From positions 176,195 through 240,194 of the forward strand of contig JADFIR010000001.1 in the NCBI GenBank assembly GCA_022566535.1: DNA of 64,000 nucleotides. The letters are read 5' to 3'. The position numbers were made by a program, and so were the translations under genes. This document shows, one piece after another, positions 19,861 through 27,886 of the stretch. Numbering within the stretch: position 1 is the stretch's first letter; each line of letters starts with the position of its first letter. This DNA comes from Planctomycetota bacterium. Its GTDB lineage: Bacteria; Planctomycetota; Phycisphaerae; Phycisphaerales; SM1A02. Under the pieces are notes generated by a model. It was not told the origin of the DNA. It made no database searches and worked only from the letters and a program-made list of their open reading frames with translations.

Positions 19861-19975
19861 AGATATAGCGCGACCGCCACCGCCGGATCTTCGGAGCACG
19901 TTCCGCTCCGTCCCTCTTCTCCATCAATGAGCCCTCGGTGAAGGGGTGATACGCATCGAGGATCGACCGTGCGAG

Positions 19976-21724
19976 CTATGTTGAGAACGAGAACTCGTGC
20001 TGCTTGTATCCCAGCGCCAATCGCCAATGCCGATCGTCGGGGGAGTAACCGATCTCGCTAAGGATCTCTACGATGCCGTCTTTTCGATATGCGTGAGCGT
20101 TTTTCAGGCGCGACCGGACATGTCGAGAGACCTCCAATTCTGTGGGCGGGCGACCGACGCGATCTCGTCGGGCTAGAAAACGCACGATGTAGTATCGTGC
20201 GAGCTGCCTGTCAGAGAAGTGCGCCACCGGCTTCTTGCCGAGGGGCAAGTACCATTGTGCTGTTACTTCGTCAAACTCGAACAATCGCTGCAAAAGCGGA
20301 GTAATGTCGCCACATTCATGGCTAAACTGCGACAACAGCCCTGTCTCTAGCAACTTGGGGATGAGGGCATGATGCAGATCTTCTGTCGTGGCACCTACGT
20401 TGTCAACAATCACTCTTTCACAGCACTCGCGAACTACCTTGGTTGGATCCCGCTGGTGTGGTGGAGTGCGACGCCGTGCCACGCGGCCGACCTTGCGAAA
20501 GTTCAGGACCAGCTCCCCTGATAAAACCCGTATTGGGTTTTTCTTCTTGTGCATCGACCAGACCACGCCGACCGGCTGCACGACGGTATTCACATATTGG
20601 AATCCGGCTTGTCTACACGCGTCCACCAGAGTTTCCCAATAGCTTGTCTGCCTATGAGCGAAGACGATGCTCATCCATCCGCGATTCTTCAGGATTTCGT
20701 ACATCTGCTGCATCGAAACGGCCAGCAAATGCTGATAGACCTCGGGCGATTTGCGCAACTGACCACCCTCGATGACCTCTTCGCTACGGTCTTTGATGGT
20801 GATGTCAAACCCAAGCCAGGCTGCCCACATGGTCGAGAGATCGAGGTAGGATATGTTCCCCCCGTATGGTGGGTCGGTATAGATGTAGTCGACACTCTCA
20901 GGCTGCAGCCAGTCGAGTAGGCTGGTTGCCGATGCGTGGCGAAAAACCGCCGTCTCATTCTCCTGATAGAAATCTCCGATGAGGTGGTTCGTCTCGCGCT
21001 TTGCTTGGACGACCCGCTCAAAGCGCCTTGCAAACTGGTCCCACAGAGGTAGCTCAACGGGGCGCTTTGCAATCTTGTAACGATAAATGCTGAATATTGC
21101 AGCCCCGCCACGACTCTCGCTACGGTTGGCTGTCGACAGGAACGTACGATTGATACGCGCGAGTGTCGCAGAGAATGCGAACAGCAGCAAATCTCGCGTT
21201 TGGCCTTGCGCGACTTCCATAATGGCTGTCCTGAGCCGAGCCAGCCCGTGCAGCATCCGAGGCGTGAACAATTCATCGACGAATCGCACGTCGGAATTGT
21301 CCGGAAGCGGAGCGCGCTTTGGATACCAATCGCGCACTGGGCGCCTCCTGAGCTCGCGATCCGGGGTGGACCAGATTTCGGATATCTCCCGTTTGCAACG
21401 ATCTTCCACCTCCCGGAACGCTTGCTCTAAGCGCCTCAGATCCACAGGCGCGAGGGCGGTTTGCTTGGCCAGGAAGCAGGCCCACTGGCTGATGTCAGCG
21501 TATATCGCCTTCCGCCCAAGGACGAGCGACTCAACCGCAGTCACACCCGATCCCCCAAACGGATCCGAGACGGTGTCACCCGGAGAGGAAAAATGTTTGA
21601 TGTATTCTTGGACGACGTTCCAGGACCTCTTGGTGAAGTACGGATGGCTGCCATAGTGACGCCGGGCGCCTTGCTTGGCAGGTCTAATTGCATGCCTCAA
21701 GGGTTGAGTCGGGACCGAGGTCAT
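19976..21724 (-). CDS. DNA methyltransferase (N6-adenine or N4-cytosine), motif I before motif IV
   Basis: VSDPFGGSGVTAVESL (AdoMet motif I) and DYIYTDPPYGGN (catalytic motif IV). Start trimmed to the ATG at 21724, which forms ATGA with the upstream stop. Confidence 0.85.
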   Translation of the reverse strand: MTSVPTQPLRHAIRPAKQGARRHYGSHPYFTKRSWNVVQEYIKHFSSPGDTVSDPFGGSGVTAVESLVLGRKAIYADISQWACFLAKQTALAPVDLRRLEQAFREVEDRCKREISEIWSTPDRELRRRPVRDWYPKRAPLPDNSDVRFVDELFTPRMLHGLARLRTAIMEVAQGQTRDLLLFAFSATLARINRTFLSTANRSESRGGAAIFSIYRYKIAKRPVELPLWDQFARRFERVVQAKRETNHLIGDFYQENETAVFRHASATSLLDWLQPESVDYIYTDPPYGGNISYLDLSTMWAAWLGFDITIKDRSEEVIEGGQLRKSPEVYQHLLAVSMQQMYEILKNRGWMSIVFAHRQTSYWETLVDACRQAGFQYVNTVVQPVGVVWSMHKKKNPIRVLSGELVLNFRKVGRVARRRTPPHQRDPTKVVRECCERVIVDNVGATTEDLHHALIPKLLETGLLSQFSHECGDITPLLQRLFEFDEVTAQWYLPLGKKPVAHFSDRQLARYYIVRFLARRDRVGRPPTELEVSRHVRSRLKNAHAYRKDGIVEILSEIGYSPDDRHWRLALGYKQHEFSFST

Positions 21725-22563
21725 GCAGCTTCCTTCAACAGCCGGCACAGCTCGCGCAGCTCGATGATGTCCACATAACCACTGAGGACTTCGTCGCGAT
21801 CGTGTTCCATGCACAGGACGACGACTCGCTCTTTTCGATGTTTCTTGTGGTGGGAAGCAAGGAACCCGCTCGATCGCTCCTCAACCTCGATCGGGCACGG
21901 GTATGCCGGGAAACCGTCCGCGGTGAACGAGGCATCAGGGCAGTCGATGTCTTTCAAGCGGTACGTCCCGAGCCGAATACCAAGCATGTCCAAAGCGCCG
22001 CTTGCCCTGAGGAGATCGCGCTCGTCCACGTTTGGTGCCGTGGGTTTGTGGTCTGCGACCAGCGAGCAAATCTGGTCCGTCACCCACTCGCGTTTCGATC
22101 TGTCGCGCTGGAGCGTCGAACGGAAATGATTGGTCAATAACGGCGCCTGACGACCGCGAATAATGGTCAGGGGATTTGAATCAGGGTATACAGTCTTGCG
22201 CGCCTTACGGTTGAAGAACTTGATCTTTGTTGGTCGGATTACGAAACAGTTATTGTGGTCGAAAGAGTCCTCGAAATCGATCCTCTCAATGTCACGTCTC
22301 TTCAGGCTATACCAGTACGCGATCTGATCTGCGATGGTCCGTGCACGTCCGGCGCTTTGCACGCGATCATGACCGACCCGTCCGACGCTGCTCGATACGG
22401 CTTGAAGACCGGGGTCAACGACCCCATACGGTGTCCATAACCTCACCTCCCGACGTTGGTTGTGACGTAGAAGTTGATTGATATGCTCGTTCAAGCCTTG
22501 CAGGTAATACTGCGGGCCGCCACTCTTGCGCGACTGCTTCTTGGTTTGCTCGATCCAAGCCAT
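21721..22563 (-). CDS. hypothetical protein, candidate restriction endonuclease partner
   Basis: Translationally coupled upstream of the methyltransferase. The C-terminal segment DIDCPDASFTADGFPAYPCPIEVEERSSGF loosely resembles a PD-(D/E)xK core. ATG at 22563 preferred over TTG at 22611. Function is not established. Confidence 0.5.
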   Translation of the reverse strand: MAWIEQTKKQSRKSGGPQYYLQGLNEHINQLLRHNQRREVRLWTPYGVVDPGLQAVSSSVGRVGHDRVQSAGRARTIADQIAYWYSLKRRDIERIDFEDSFDHNNCFVIRPTKIKFFNRKARKTVYPDSNPLTIIRGRQAPLLTNHFRSTLQRDRSKREWVTDQICSLVADHKPTAPNVDERDLLRASGALDMLGIRLGTYRLKDIDCPDASFTADGFPAYPCPIEVEERSSGFLASHHKKHRKERVVVLCMEHDRDEVLSGYVDIIELRELCRLLKEAA

Positions 22564-22635
22564 GCGCTCGCAGCGTACCGCCAGCGAAGTCCGCCAGTCA
22601 AATGCGAGCAAGAAGATTCGGGATTGTGTGAGAAC

Positions 22636-22662
22636 ACGCTACAGACGCTACAGACGCTGAGG
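22636..22662. repeat. 9-bp tandem repeat ACGCTACAG x2 plus partial ACGCTGAGG
   Basis: Read directly, 25-100 nt upstream of the candidate nuclease gene start. Confidence 0.6.
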
Positions 22663-22868
22663 ACCCGCTCCTTCCCGGCGGTTCCCGTGGTGCGGCCACG
22701 GCCCGCGGCGTTGTGAGACTCCGGGGTGTGGAGGCCAACGGCAAGGGCTTCACCGGCCGGGGGCTTCGAAGCTGGCGGCCATGCGCGGCCGGCACGCCAG
22801 AAGCGGGGGGTGAGAAGGATGGTGATGGCGCTCGCCCGTTCGACAGTGCGCAGGGTGGGTGTGTATCG

Positions 22869-22881
22869 CGTTTGCGCGCGC
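22869..22881. repeat. right copy of 13-bp direct repeat CGTTTGCGCGCGC
   Basis: See 19848-19860. Confidence 0.6.
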
Positions 22882-22962
22882 TGGGGTGGCCGGGCGTCTT
22901 ATAGATGGGGGGCAGATAGGTTTGAGGCTTGAGGGAGAGGCTTGCGTGTTGAGGTGGTTGCT

Positions 22963-24006
22963 ATGGCGCGGAATCGGACGAGTTGGTTGGCGGCGAAGAA
23001 GCGCATCGAGCAACGGCTGCTGGAAGAGGCGGTGCTGGCCGCGAGGAGAGTGATCAGTGGGAAGGGGTCAGGAGGTAGGGGGAAGGGGTCAGGAGTCAGG
23101 AGTCAGGGGTCAGGAGGCAGGGGTCATGGGTTAGGAGTCAGGGGTCAGGGGTTAGGAGATAGCAGAGCGTTGGGGGTGCCGCAGGATTGGCCGAAGCTGC
23201 CGGACATTCGCCGGCCGGATTGGAAGAGGATCAAGGAACTTCTGGCAAAGGAGGAGTCTCGGCCGCAGCACCCGCGGAACTGGCATCGGCGCCTGGTCGA
23301 GGAAGCGCTGGGTGAGCCGGTGGTCCACAAGGCATACTTTGCTATGCGGCGGGCCCTCTGGCAGTGGGAGGAGTTCGCGACCCTTCGTCCGGGGGTGAGG
23401 CGCATTTTGGATGTGCTCATCGAGCTGGCGCGCGATGAAGCATTGCCGTGGTACGTTGCCGTCCCGTCCCACGAGATGAAGATGCTGGCCCGGCTGGCCG
23501 AGGAGAACTATTCACTTTGTGCCCGGGAGCTTGAGTGCCTCGCGATCACCCGTCCGGCGCGGCGGGTGAAGCTGTGTGACAAGACGGGCGTGGCGGTCTG
23601 GCCGGGGCGCGTGGAGATGGACCGGCCATTGGAGCCGATCGCCCAGTGGGTGGCCCGCTATCGCCGGGGCATCGCGTGGAACAGAAAGCGGGCGGCGTGG
23701 TGGATCAACTACGACCTGTTATGTGGGACGGGGCGTGTTCTGCCATGCTTTGAGATGGGCTTGGAGACCCTGGCCAAGACGTACTTCGACCGCAATCGGC
23801 GGATGGGGAAGGTCAACGCGGGTGTGGCGAACGAAGAGCAGTTTGCGCAGCTTGAGCGGGCGTTGGCGGAGTCCGGGCCGTTGCCGCCGGCCGGGTTGCG
23901 GACAGCGCTGTGGCAGTTGGAAGGTTCGAGCCGGCCGCGCGAGGGCGGGTTAGGGTCGCTTGCCGCCGACGGTGAGTCTAGTGCGCGGCGATCGGCGGGC
24001 CGCTGA
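22963..24006 (+). CDS. hypothetical protein with N-terminal Gly/Arg/Ser low-complexity tract
   Basis: 354-aa ORF trimmed to MARNRTSWLAAKK. Contains GKGSGGRGKGSGVRSQGSGGRGHGLGVRGQGLG. The remainder is Arg/Trp-rich with no motif I recognise. Confidence 0.5.
   Translation: MARNRTSWLAAKKRIEQRLLEEAVLAARRVISGKGSGGRGKGSGVRSQGSGGRGHGLGVRGQGLGDSRALGVPQDWPKLPDIRRPDWKRIKELLAKEESRPQHPRNWHRRLVEEALGEPVVHKAYFAMRRALWQWEEFATLRPGVRRILDVLIELARDEALPWYVAVPSHEMKMLARLAEENYSLCARELECLAITRPARRVKLCDKTGVAVWPGRVEMDRPLEPIAQWVARYRRGIAWNRKRAAWWINYDLLCGTGRVLPCFEMGLETLAKTYFDRNRRMGKVNAGVANEEQFAQLERALAESGPLPPAGLRTALWQLEGSSRPREGGLGSLAADGESSARRSAGR
23058..23158 (+). repeat. G-rich imperfect short tandem repeat (GGGGTCAGGAG-like units)
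   Basis: About 100 nt of repeated GGGGTCAGGAG / GGTTAGGAG units with many GGG(G) runs on the + strand, in frame within the CDS. Confidence 0.75.
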
Positions 24007-24147
24007 ACCGGAAGCGCAGCTCGGGCAGCCCCCAGAGTCCCCCGACCCCTTCTTGCGTGGTAGGAACGGGCGCACGACCATCCAGAAGCTGCCCATCGCC
24101 AAGGCGCTCACGACGTAGAACTGCCAATCGTCAAACGGCAGGCGCAT
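23950..24147 (-). CDS. small FeoB-associated Cys-rich membrane protein (tentative)
   Basis: MRLPFDDWQFYVVSALAMGSFWMVVRPFLPRKKGSGDSGGCPSCASGS: one TM helix followed by a GGCxxC tract. The ATG overlaps the feoB stop (TGATG at 24145-24149). Confidence 0.5.
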   Translation of the reverse strand: MRLPFDDWQFYVVSALAMGSFWMVVRPFLPRKKGSGDSGGCPSCASGSAARRSPRTRLTVGGKRP

Positions 24148-26141
24148 CAGGTGACTCCGAACATTCGCAGCACGGTATACACGCCGAAGGCGGCCACGTA
24201 CGCCAGCGCGGTCATATAGCCGAATTGCAGCGCGGCCCAGCCCCAGCTCCCGGTAGCGCGCCGCGTGACGGGCAGGGTGGGTAGACACTGCATGGCCAGG
24301 ACGTAGAAGATCAACAGGCTGGCGGCGGTGGCGGTGGTGAAGACTGGCGTTGCGTCGTCGCGCACGGCGGTCTCGATGCGCCGGAGCACCCGCGGGTCGT
24401 CGGTCTGATCGCCGGCGGCGAAGATCACGGCCATGGTTGACACAAACACCTCGCGCGCGGCGAAGCTGCTCAGCACGCCGACGGTCAGTTGCCAGTCATA
24501 TCCGAGCGGCTTGAAGACCGGCGCCACGGTGTGTCCGATCCGCCCGAGAAAGCTTTGGGCAAGGGCGTGTCGGGCGGTGATGGTTCCGGCTTGCGCTTCG
24601 AGTTCGCCCGCAGCTTCGGGGTCAACCTCGACCAGCAGCTGCGCCTCGGCACGAAGGGCAGTGGCCTCGACCGGCGGATTCGTGGCGGGGTAGCTGCTGA
24701 GCCACCACAGGATGATGCAGATGGCCATGATGACTGTGCCCGCGCTGCGCAGGAAGACGACGCCCCGGTCGAAGGTCGTCAGCACCGCGTTGCGCAGAGA
24801 CGGAAGCTTGTACGAGGGCAGCTCCAGGACCATGGGTCTGATTGCACCACGCAGTAGCGTGCGGCGAAACAGCAGGGCGGTGAACAGGGCCGCAATCGCC
24901 CCGATTCCGTAACAGGCGCTGAACGCGAGCCCAGCAGCGAGCGCGTTGCCTCGGAACAACACCCCGATCAGCAGCACATACACCGGCAACCGGGCGGAGC
25001 AACTCAACAGCGGCGCGATCAGCACGGTGACGATCCGATCGCGCCGGTCGGGAATGAGCTTGGTGGACATGATGGCGGGGATCGCGCACGCGTGGGCCGA
25101 CAGCAGCGGCACGAACGCCTGGCCGGGCAGGCCGAACCGCCGCAGCAGGCGGTCCATCACGAACGCGGCACGGGCGAGGTAGCCGGTGTCTTCGAGCAAG
25201 CTGATCAAGAAAAACAGCAGGCAGATCTGGGGCAGGAACACGACGGTGCCCGCGACGCCGGCCAGGATCCCGTCCACCACCAGTTCCTGCACCGCCCCCG
25301 GCCCCATGACCGTTGCCAGCCATCCGCCAAGGCTGCCGAGTATGAGATCGATCAGACCCATGGGGACGGTCGCCAGGCTGAAGATGGTCAGGAACAGCCC
25401 CGCCATGACGGCTACGAACGTGATCAGACCGAGAACCGGATGGGTAAAGACGGCGTCGAGCCGATCGGTCACGGATCGGCCACGGCCCGGCGCGATGGAC
25501 TCCCGGCCGAGGCACTCTGCAGCAATGCGGTTTGCCCAGTCAACGGGCGTCTCGGGCTGGTCGGCGCCCGGCAGTTGGGCGGTGCTGATCGCTGCGCCCG
25601 CCATGGCTTGCCGCAGCTGCTTGATTCCCTCGCCACTGCGCGCGTTGACGGCGACCACGGGGCAGCCGAGCCGCCGGCTGAGCGTCTGGGTGTCGATCGA
25701 CAGGCCGCGCCGCTGTGCCAGGTCGATCATGTTCAACGCGACGACGGTCGGGAGACGTTGGGCAAGAGCACCCGCGGCGAACACCAGATTGCGCGCCAGG
25801 TTGGTGGCGTCGGCGACGATCAGCAGGGCCTCGGGCGCATTTCGCCGGCTGAGCCGGCCCTGGAGGAATTCCCGGCACAGGATTGATTCGGGCAGGTTCA
25901 GGTCGAGTCCATAGACGCCGGGCAGGTCGGTGATGTGATAATGCTGATCGCGGTACACATACTTGCCGACACGTGCCTCGACAGTGCTGCCGGGGAAGTT
26001 GGCGGTCTTGGCGCGGATGCCGCAAAGGCGATTGAACAACGTCGTCTTGCCTGCGTTAGGATTCCCAAGCAGAGCAAATCGGGCCGGCACCGACGGCGCG
26101 ACCGCGGTGAGTGGGCGCGGGGTGTCGGCGACGATGCTCAT
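24147..26141 (-). CDS. feoB: ferrous iron transporter FeoB
   Basis: G-domain ALLGNPNAGKTTLFNRLCG and a long polytopic C-terminal domain. Start trimmed to MSIVADTP, 7 nt after the feoA stop; the ORF opens at 26189. Confidence 0.95.
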   Translation of the reverse strand: MSIVADTPRPLTAVAPSVPARFALLGNPNAGKTTLFNRLCGIRAKTANFPGSTVEARVGKYVYRDQHYHITDLPGVYGLDLNLPESILCREFLQGRLSRRNAPEALLIVADATNLARNLVFAAGALAQRLPTVVALNMIDLAQRRGLSIDTQTLSRRLGCPVVAVNARSGEGIKQLRQAMAGAAISTAQLPGADQPETPVDWANRIAAECLGRESIAPGRGRSVTDRLDAVFTHPVLGLITFVAVMAGLFLTIFSLATVPMGLIDLILGSLGGWLATVMGPGAVQELVVDGILAGVAGTVVFLPQICLLFFLISLLEDTGYLARAAFVMDRLLRRFGLPGQAFVPLLSAHACAIPAIMSTKLIPDRRDRIVTVLIAPLLSCSARLPVYVLLIGVLFRGNALAAGLAFSACYGIGAIAALFTALLFRRTLLRGAIRPMVLELPSYKLPSLRNAVLTTFDRGVVFLRSAGTVIMAICIILWWLSSYPATNPPVEATALRAEAQLLVEVDPEAAGELEAQAGTITARHALAQSFLGRIGHTVAPVFKPLGYDWQLTVGVLSSFAAREVFVSTMAVIFAAGDQTDDPRVLRRIETAVRDDATPVFTTATAASLLIFYVLAMQCLPTLPVTRRATGSWGWAALQFGYMTALAYVAAFGVYTVLRMFGVT

Positions 26142-26148
26142 CGGAAGG

Positions 26149-26436
26149 TTATCGCGTTGGCTGGGGGTGATCACCCAGCGGCGTGACAAGGATTCGCCGG
26201 GCCAGCGGCGCCGCCAACGCCAGGCGGGTGGAGTTCACTTCAATGATGCACGGCTCGCCGCCTCGGCAGATGCGCAGCGTGCAATGGTCAGTCAGGCCCA
26301 TCGCTCGAAGCAGATCGCAGTCTTCGCAGCGCAAGTCAGCTTTGCAAAACCGTGCTTGGTCCCCGGCGTGCATCTTGGTCAGCGGCACGGGGCTGGGATT
26401 CTCGGCGACAGGCACCGTATCGATGTTGGTGATCAT
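26149..26436 (-). CDS. feoA: FeoA family protein
   Basis: 95 aa directly upstream of feoB. SH3-like FeoA pattern (LLRAMGLTDHCTLRICRGGEPCIIEVNSTRLAL). Confidence 0.8.
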   Translation of the reverse strand: MITNIDTVPVAENPSPVPLTKMHAGDQARFCKADLRCEDCDLLRAMGLTDHCTLRICRGGEPCIIEVNSTRLALAAPLARRILVTPLGDHPQPTR

Positions 26437-26459
26437 GACGGGGATCGCGTGAAGCTCTC

Positions 26460-26476
26460 TTGAGACTGTGTCTCAA
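26460..26476. promoter_or_regulatory. 17-bp perfect palindrome TTGAGAC-TGT-GTCTCAA upstream of feoA (candidate operator)
   Basis: Read directly. Lies 24-40 nt upstream of the feoA ATG (26436). Confidence 0.3.
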
Positions 26477-26679
26477 CTGCAATCATAGCACACCCCTGCC
26501 ACCGGCTGCAAGCGGGCCTTAGCGGCTCCACCGGCCGATCGTGAGCATTGGCCTGTGATGGACTCGGTGGAGTCGCCCAGCCGGGCTTCCGGGGCCGGGC
26601 GACGAGCTGTGACGATCCACGCAACCGTAGGTTCCTCAAGGGATTATCCACGGCTTGACGGTCAGTCCGAGGCGCCTGC

Positions 26680-27813
26680 TCAACCGTGCCTTGACGCGAA
26701 ATCGCTCATGAGCGAAGCCAGCGCCTCGCAGCCGGCCTTGGGGAATGCGTTATAGATCGAAGCCCGCAGGCCGCCGACCGAGCGGTGGCCTTTCAGCCCG
26801 TCCATGTCGTGCTGCTGCGCCTCTTCGATGAACTTCCGGTCAAGTTCGTCGCTGGGCGTGCGAAAGGTGATGTTCATCATCGAACGGGAATCCGGCCGGG
26901 CTACGGGTTGGTAGAAACCGCTGCCCCCGGACGTGTCGATCGCGTGGTAAATGATCCCGGCCTTCTCTCTATTGCGAATGGCCAGCTCCGCAAGACCACC
27001 CTGGCGGAGAATCCATTTGAAGACCTGACCCACGACGTAGATTCCGAAGGCCGGCGGGGTGTTGAGGCGCGAGCCCTTGTCGGCGTGCTGGCGGTAGTCG
27101 AGCATCGACGGCAGGCCGTCATTGGCCCCGGCCATGAAGTCCTTGCGGATGATGACGAGTGTGCAGCCGGCCGGTCCGAGGTTCTTCTGTGCGCCGGCGA
27201 AGATGATCGCATGTTGTGACACTTCCAGCGGGCGACTGAAGATGTCGGAGCTGGCGTCGCAGACCAGCGGAGAATTGGTGGCCGGCGGCCGGCTGAACTC
27301 GGTCCCGTAGATGGTGTTGTTGGCGCAGTAGTAGGAGTAGCCCGCGCCGTCCGTGAGGTCTAGCTCGTCGTTGGCGGGGATGTGATCATAGCTCGTCTTG
27401 CTGCCATCAAAGGCGACGTTGACATCGCCCAACAGCTGGGCCTCTTTGATCGCCTTGCTCGACCAACTGCCGGTGTCAAGATAGTCCGCAGTCCGGCCGG
27501 AGGCGAGGAAACTCATCGGGACCATGGCGAACTGCAACGTGGCCCCGCCTTGGAGAAACAGCACGTGATAGTCGTCGCCGATGCCGGCGATGGCCCGGCA
27601 GTCGGCTTCGGCTTCTTCGAGGACACGGGTGAACACTTTCCCGCGGTGGCTGTGCTCCAGGATGCCGATCCCTGAATCGGCGATGTTCCAGACGTCCTGT
27701 TGAGCCTGGTGGAGAACCTCTTCGGGAAGCGTTGCCGGGCCGGCGGAGAAGTTCAAGATCCGTTTGGCCATTGATCTCGTTTGGGTCGTGGCCTTGGTTG
27801 TGGTCGTCGTCAT
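26680..27813 (-). CDS. serC: phosphoserine aminotransferase
   Basis: ILNFSAGPATLPEEVL at the N-terminus and overall class-V aminotransferase layout. Adjacent to serA. Confidence 0.9.
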   Translation of the reverse strand: MTTTTTKATTQTRSMAKRILNFSAGPATLPEEVLHQAQQDVWNIADSGIGILEHSHRGKVFTRVLEEAEADCRAIAGIGDDYHVLFLQGGATLQFAMVPMSFLASGRTADYLDTGSWSSKAIKEAQLLGDVNVAFDGSKTSYDHIPANDELDLTDGAGYSYYCANNTIYGTEFSRPPATNSPLVCDASSDIFSRPLEVSQHAIIFAGAQKNLGPAGCTLVIIRKDFMAGANDGLPSMLDYRQHADKGSRLNTPPAFGIYVVGQVFKWILRQGGLAELAIRNREKAGIIYHAIDTSGGSGFYQPVARPDSRSMMNITFRTPSDELDRKFIEEAQQHDMDGLKGHRSVGGLRASIYNAFPKAGCEALASLMSDFASRHG

Positions 27814-27886
27814 GGCAGGAGAAAGGACTTAGGAATTAGGAGTTGGGAGAGCGTAGGGATCTCAATGCGTCTGGCTCGGGGCGCGC

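Noticed and set aside
23058-23158. Possible CRISPR-like repeat array
   Set aside because: Units are only 9-11 nt, contiguous, without spacers, and in frame within a CDS. No cas genes are in the window.
24622-25886. Long alternative-frame ORFs inside feoB (24622-25515 minus, 25092-25886 and 25186-25914 plus)
   Set aside because: The FeoB frame carries the G-domain and polytopic domain. The alternatives are Arg/Pro/Gly-rich artefacts.
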